Sequence record: OY723362.1
Reading direction: 5' to 3' (one strand)
Length of the DNA stretch: 9,607 bases
Shown here piece by piece: positions 7,016-9,607 of this stretch; position 1 is the stretch's first letter, and each line of letters starts with the position of its first letter. The notes below the pieces were generated by a model. It did not search any database, was not told the origin of the DNA, and worked only from the letters and a program-made list of their open reading frames with translations. The position numbers were made by a program, and so were the translations under genes.

Positions 7016-7272
7016 GACCCCTAAATCATGTATTTAGACCCTTTTGGGGACCTCATACCATGGCACCATCCTCTGAGCACATACCATGTATCTAGAGGAT
7101 ATGGTCTCCATAGGTATCATGAGGGATACCCCTACCCTATGATATAGGTACCATGCAGAGCATGTGTACTCCTTATAGCATATGTAGTGATCCCCATGGT
7201 GTCTAAGGGATCTGGTGATGTACTGGATATCACCATAATCATGTAATCTGAGTACATCAAATCATGTGTTTT
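7016..7272 (+). repeat. W segment, copy W2 in macro-copy B
   Basis: Equals 1833-2088 at offset +5183, with a 1-bp insertion (taatctgag versus taattgag). Confidence 0.9.
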
Positions 7273-7299
7273 CATGTCATCAAATGCATGCAATTACAT

Positions 7300-7459
7300 G
7301 ATGATACTACTCATGAGTACCTACTCGTAGTAGTATACATGTGGTATCCATGGTATACATAGTACTCGTAGTGTATGCTGTTAGGCTATGGTATAGGGGT
7401 ATCCTGCATCCCCATACCCTCCGTGCATACTACTAGTATCCTGTGTATCACTAGATACT
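7300..7459 (+). repeat. U segment, extra diverged paralogue present only in copy B
   Basis: I counted about a dozen differences from 7738-7898, for example actactc/actgctc, tgtggt/tgtagt and tatcctgcatcccc/tatcccgtacccctc. Confidence 0.85.
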
Positions 7460-7574
7460 ATATGTGTATACATACTACTAATGAGCACATCGAATCATGT
7501 GTTTCATGTCATCAAATGCATGCAAGTACATGATATCTGGTGTCTACTGGATACTCCCTATATACCATATAGTA

Positions 7575-7719
7575 CTCCATACACCTCTGCATGGTGTAAT
7601 GGTACCTATACTCCCCATGTACTGTATACCATAGGATACATGGTACTAATGGTGTGTATGCTGTTGTACTAGTGGTATTAGATGTGTATACCTACTCATA
7701 ATGAGTACTTCATGTCATC
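7575..7719 (+). repeat. V segment, copy V2 in macro-copy B
   Basis: Homologue of 2921-3066. It shares the gtgtatgctgttgtac variant. Confidence 0.88.
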
Positions 7720-7737
7720 AAATGCATGCATTTACAT

Positions 7738-7898
7738 GATGATACTGCTCATGAGTACCTACCCGTAGTAGTATACATGTAGTATCCATGGTATACATAG
7801 TACTCGTAGTGTATGCTGTTAGGCTATGATGTAGGGGTATCCCGTACCCCTCATACCATCCGTGCATACTACTAGTATCCTGTATATCACTAGATACT
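7738..7898 (+). repeat. U segment, copy B orthologous position
   Basis: Equals 3315-3475 at offset +4423. Confidence 0.88.
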
Positions 7899-8283
7899 GT
7901 ATATGATCATACGTGCAAACCATGTGTTCAGATGTCTCGAAACATGTGTTTTGGTGTCATGACATACACATTCTATACTACTAATGAGTACCTGTACATG
8001 GTATGCGCTGTAAGGGATACTAGGGGATATGGTGCATACCTCTAATGGGGCATATGCTGCCATTAGGGATACCCCCAATACCTGTAGTACTCTGTATAGC
8101 TCATTACACCATGATATGCAATAGTAGTGGATTCGCTCATCTCGACTAGATCATGTCACGAAATGACATGTTTTGGGAGGTGTGCTGATACCCACTAGTA
8201 ACACAGATACTGTATGGTATGCAGGTATCCCCATTCCCTCGATAAAGAGGCATCAGGGGATATGCACATGCCACCAGTACACT

Positions 8284-8837
8284 AAGGGATCCAAGGGGTG
8301 CCAAAAGGGGTCCAAAAGTGCTCATTTTAGGGGTACCCGTAAATGGCATAATTGCCCCGATTTCGCGTACTCATATTCCTAAGGTCACTGTAAGGAATAT
8401 GGTCTCCGGCGATGGCATTCCCATTGTGTGCATCCGAAAAGGGCATAAAATGACCCATTTTAGGCACTTTTGGGCCTTTTGGGGTCGCGAAAGTGCACAT
8501 TAAGACCCCTAATGTCTCCAAAAGGGTCCAAAATGATGCATTCGTTTTCTGCCTGACTCGGATCCGCCCTTCGCGCGCGCGCGCGCGTGTTACTATACAC
8601 TAAGGGCACACAATTTAGGGGTTCCGAGCACCTCCAGACCCCCAATCCGACACCCTCTGGGATACCCTATCTGAGGGGTACGGGCCCGAATCCCTTAGGA
8701 GCACCTTAGGGATGGCATTGGGGAGGGGTCTGGGAGCACCCAGAAAGGGTCCCAAAACGAGTGATTTAGGGTCCAAAACACCCATTTTGGGAGGTCTCGG
8801 GATACCTCAGATACCCCATTTCTGGAGGTCTTGGGGT
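8284..8837. repeat. Phased block Z-c/d in macro-copy B
   Basis: Equals 3861-4414 at offset +4423. Confidence 0.65.
8572..8589. repeat. (CG)8 followed by TG tract, copy B
   Basis: Equals 4149-4166 at offset +4423. Confidence 0.97.
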
Positions 8838-8996
8838 CCTCAGATCATGGCATCCGTGTCCTCAGATACCTAATACCTATGGTCTGCGAGTCCTTAGTAC
8901 CTATCTGCATGGTCTGTATGCCCGTATCCTCTGTGCCATGTCCTCTGTGCATGTCCTCAGTACCTCTCTGCGAGTCCTCAGATACCTAATGCCTAC

Positions 8997-9044
8997 ACCT
9001 ATCTGCATACCTATCTGCATACCTATCTGCATACCTATCTGCAC
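8997..9044 (+). repeat. 12-bp minisatellite (acctatctgcat) x4, copy B
   Basis: Equals 4574-4621 at offset +4423, with the same copy number. Confidence 0.97.
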
Positions 9045-9071
9045 AGGTCCTCAGATACATCGCGAGCATCC

Positions 9072-9106
9072 CCGGAGACCATATCTCATGATCTGATGGT
9101 CTCCGG
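9072..9106. other. Perfect 11-bp inverted repeat with a 13-nt spacer, copy B
   Basis: Equals 4649-4683 at offset +4423. Confidence 0.95.
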
Positions 9107-9442
9107 ATCCGCTCATGGTCTCCAGATCTGCACATCCCCAGACCCCTAATCCGATACCCACAGCATATGGTCTCATAGTATGTATCTAATGGTGATGGTA
9201 TCCATAGTGGTCTGTATCCCTACTACACACACCATGGTATGTAGTGCATATGGTCTGTATGCCCTCATGGTCTCTGGATCCCTGCATCCCTGGATCCCAT
9301 ACCCATGGCATCCCCAGACCCCCGGATCTCATGATTCCAGACCCCAAATCCATCATTTTGAGACCTCTAAAATCATCATTTTAGACCCCAAAACCATGGA
9401 TTTCAGGTCCTCAGATATGCTCTCCGGGATGCTCGTAATGGT

Positions 9443-9568
9443 CATAATGGCTCTCAGAGGATATGGGGATACTCCCCGTAGGCCTCTCGGTAGCCCAGGA
9501 TGCACGGAGGGACATTCCCTGTGGAGGTGATCTCCTCAGGTATCCCGTATGCCATATCCTGTCATTAG
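9443..9568 (+). repeat. X module, copy X7 (counterpart of X4 in copy B)
   Basis: Equals 5020-5145 at offset +4423. Confidence 0.92.
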
Positions 9569-9607
9569 GTACCCATTCCGACCCATTTGGTGTCCCCAAA
9601 ATCATCA

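Larger units (their letters stand above)
5185..9607 (+). repeat. Macro-repeat unit, copy B (4,423 bp, 761 bp shorter than copy A)
   Basis: Head-to-tail with copy A. The junction reads ccccaaaatcatca|cttttggtgacc at 5184|5185. I saw only about 20 point differences by eye in collinear parts, for example 674g/5858a, 918g/6101t, 4293t/8716c and 4835c/9258t. Confidence 0.97.

Overview
I call no CDS, rRNA, tRNA, CRISPR array or mobile element in this window, and I see no protein-based system. It reads as non-coding and consists of exactly two head-to-tail copies of one composite macro-repeat. Copy A is 1-5184 (5,184 bp) and copy B is 5185-9607 (4,423 bp). Outside one rearranged segment (A 2089-3314 versus B 7273-7737) the copies look >99% identical by eye. 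Each unit is a mosaic of nested sub-repeat families, labelled X, W, V, U and Y-core here, in two sequence styles. The first style has G/C runs alternating with A/T runs about every 12 bp, with KpnI-centred palindromes and scattered single TTTAGGG heptamers. The second style is rich in CATG, GTAC and TAC, dense in stop codons and very poor in CpG. The longest ORF in six frames is 116 aa. All listed ORFs lie inside repeats, many overlap ORFs on the opposite strand, and their peptides are low-complexity. The best reading is a eukaryote-type satellite or macrosatellite, or a small repeat-only circle. The taxon cannot be determined from the sequence alone. Points worth following up:
- The window ends are phase-exact, so the sequence is circularisable.
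- An oriented 12-nt Y-core lies at every structural breakpoint between the two copies.
- The ~125-bp X module occurs seven times, with an invariant hairpin beside a hypervariable patch.
- Copy A carries a 720-bp segment that copy B lacks.
- A (CG)8 tract sits in a CpG-poor background.
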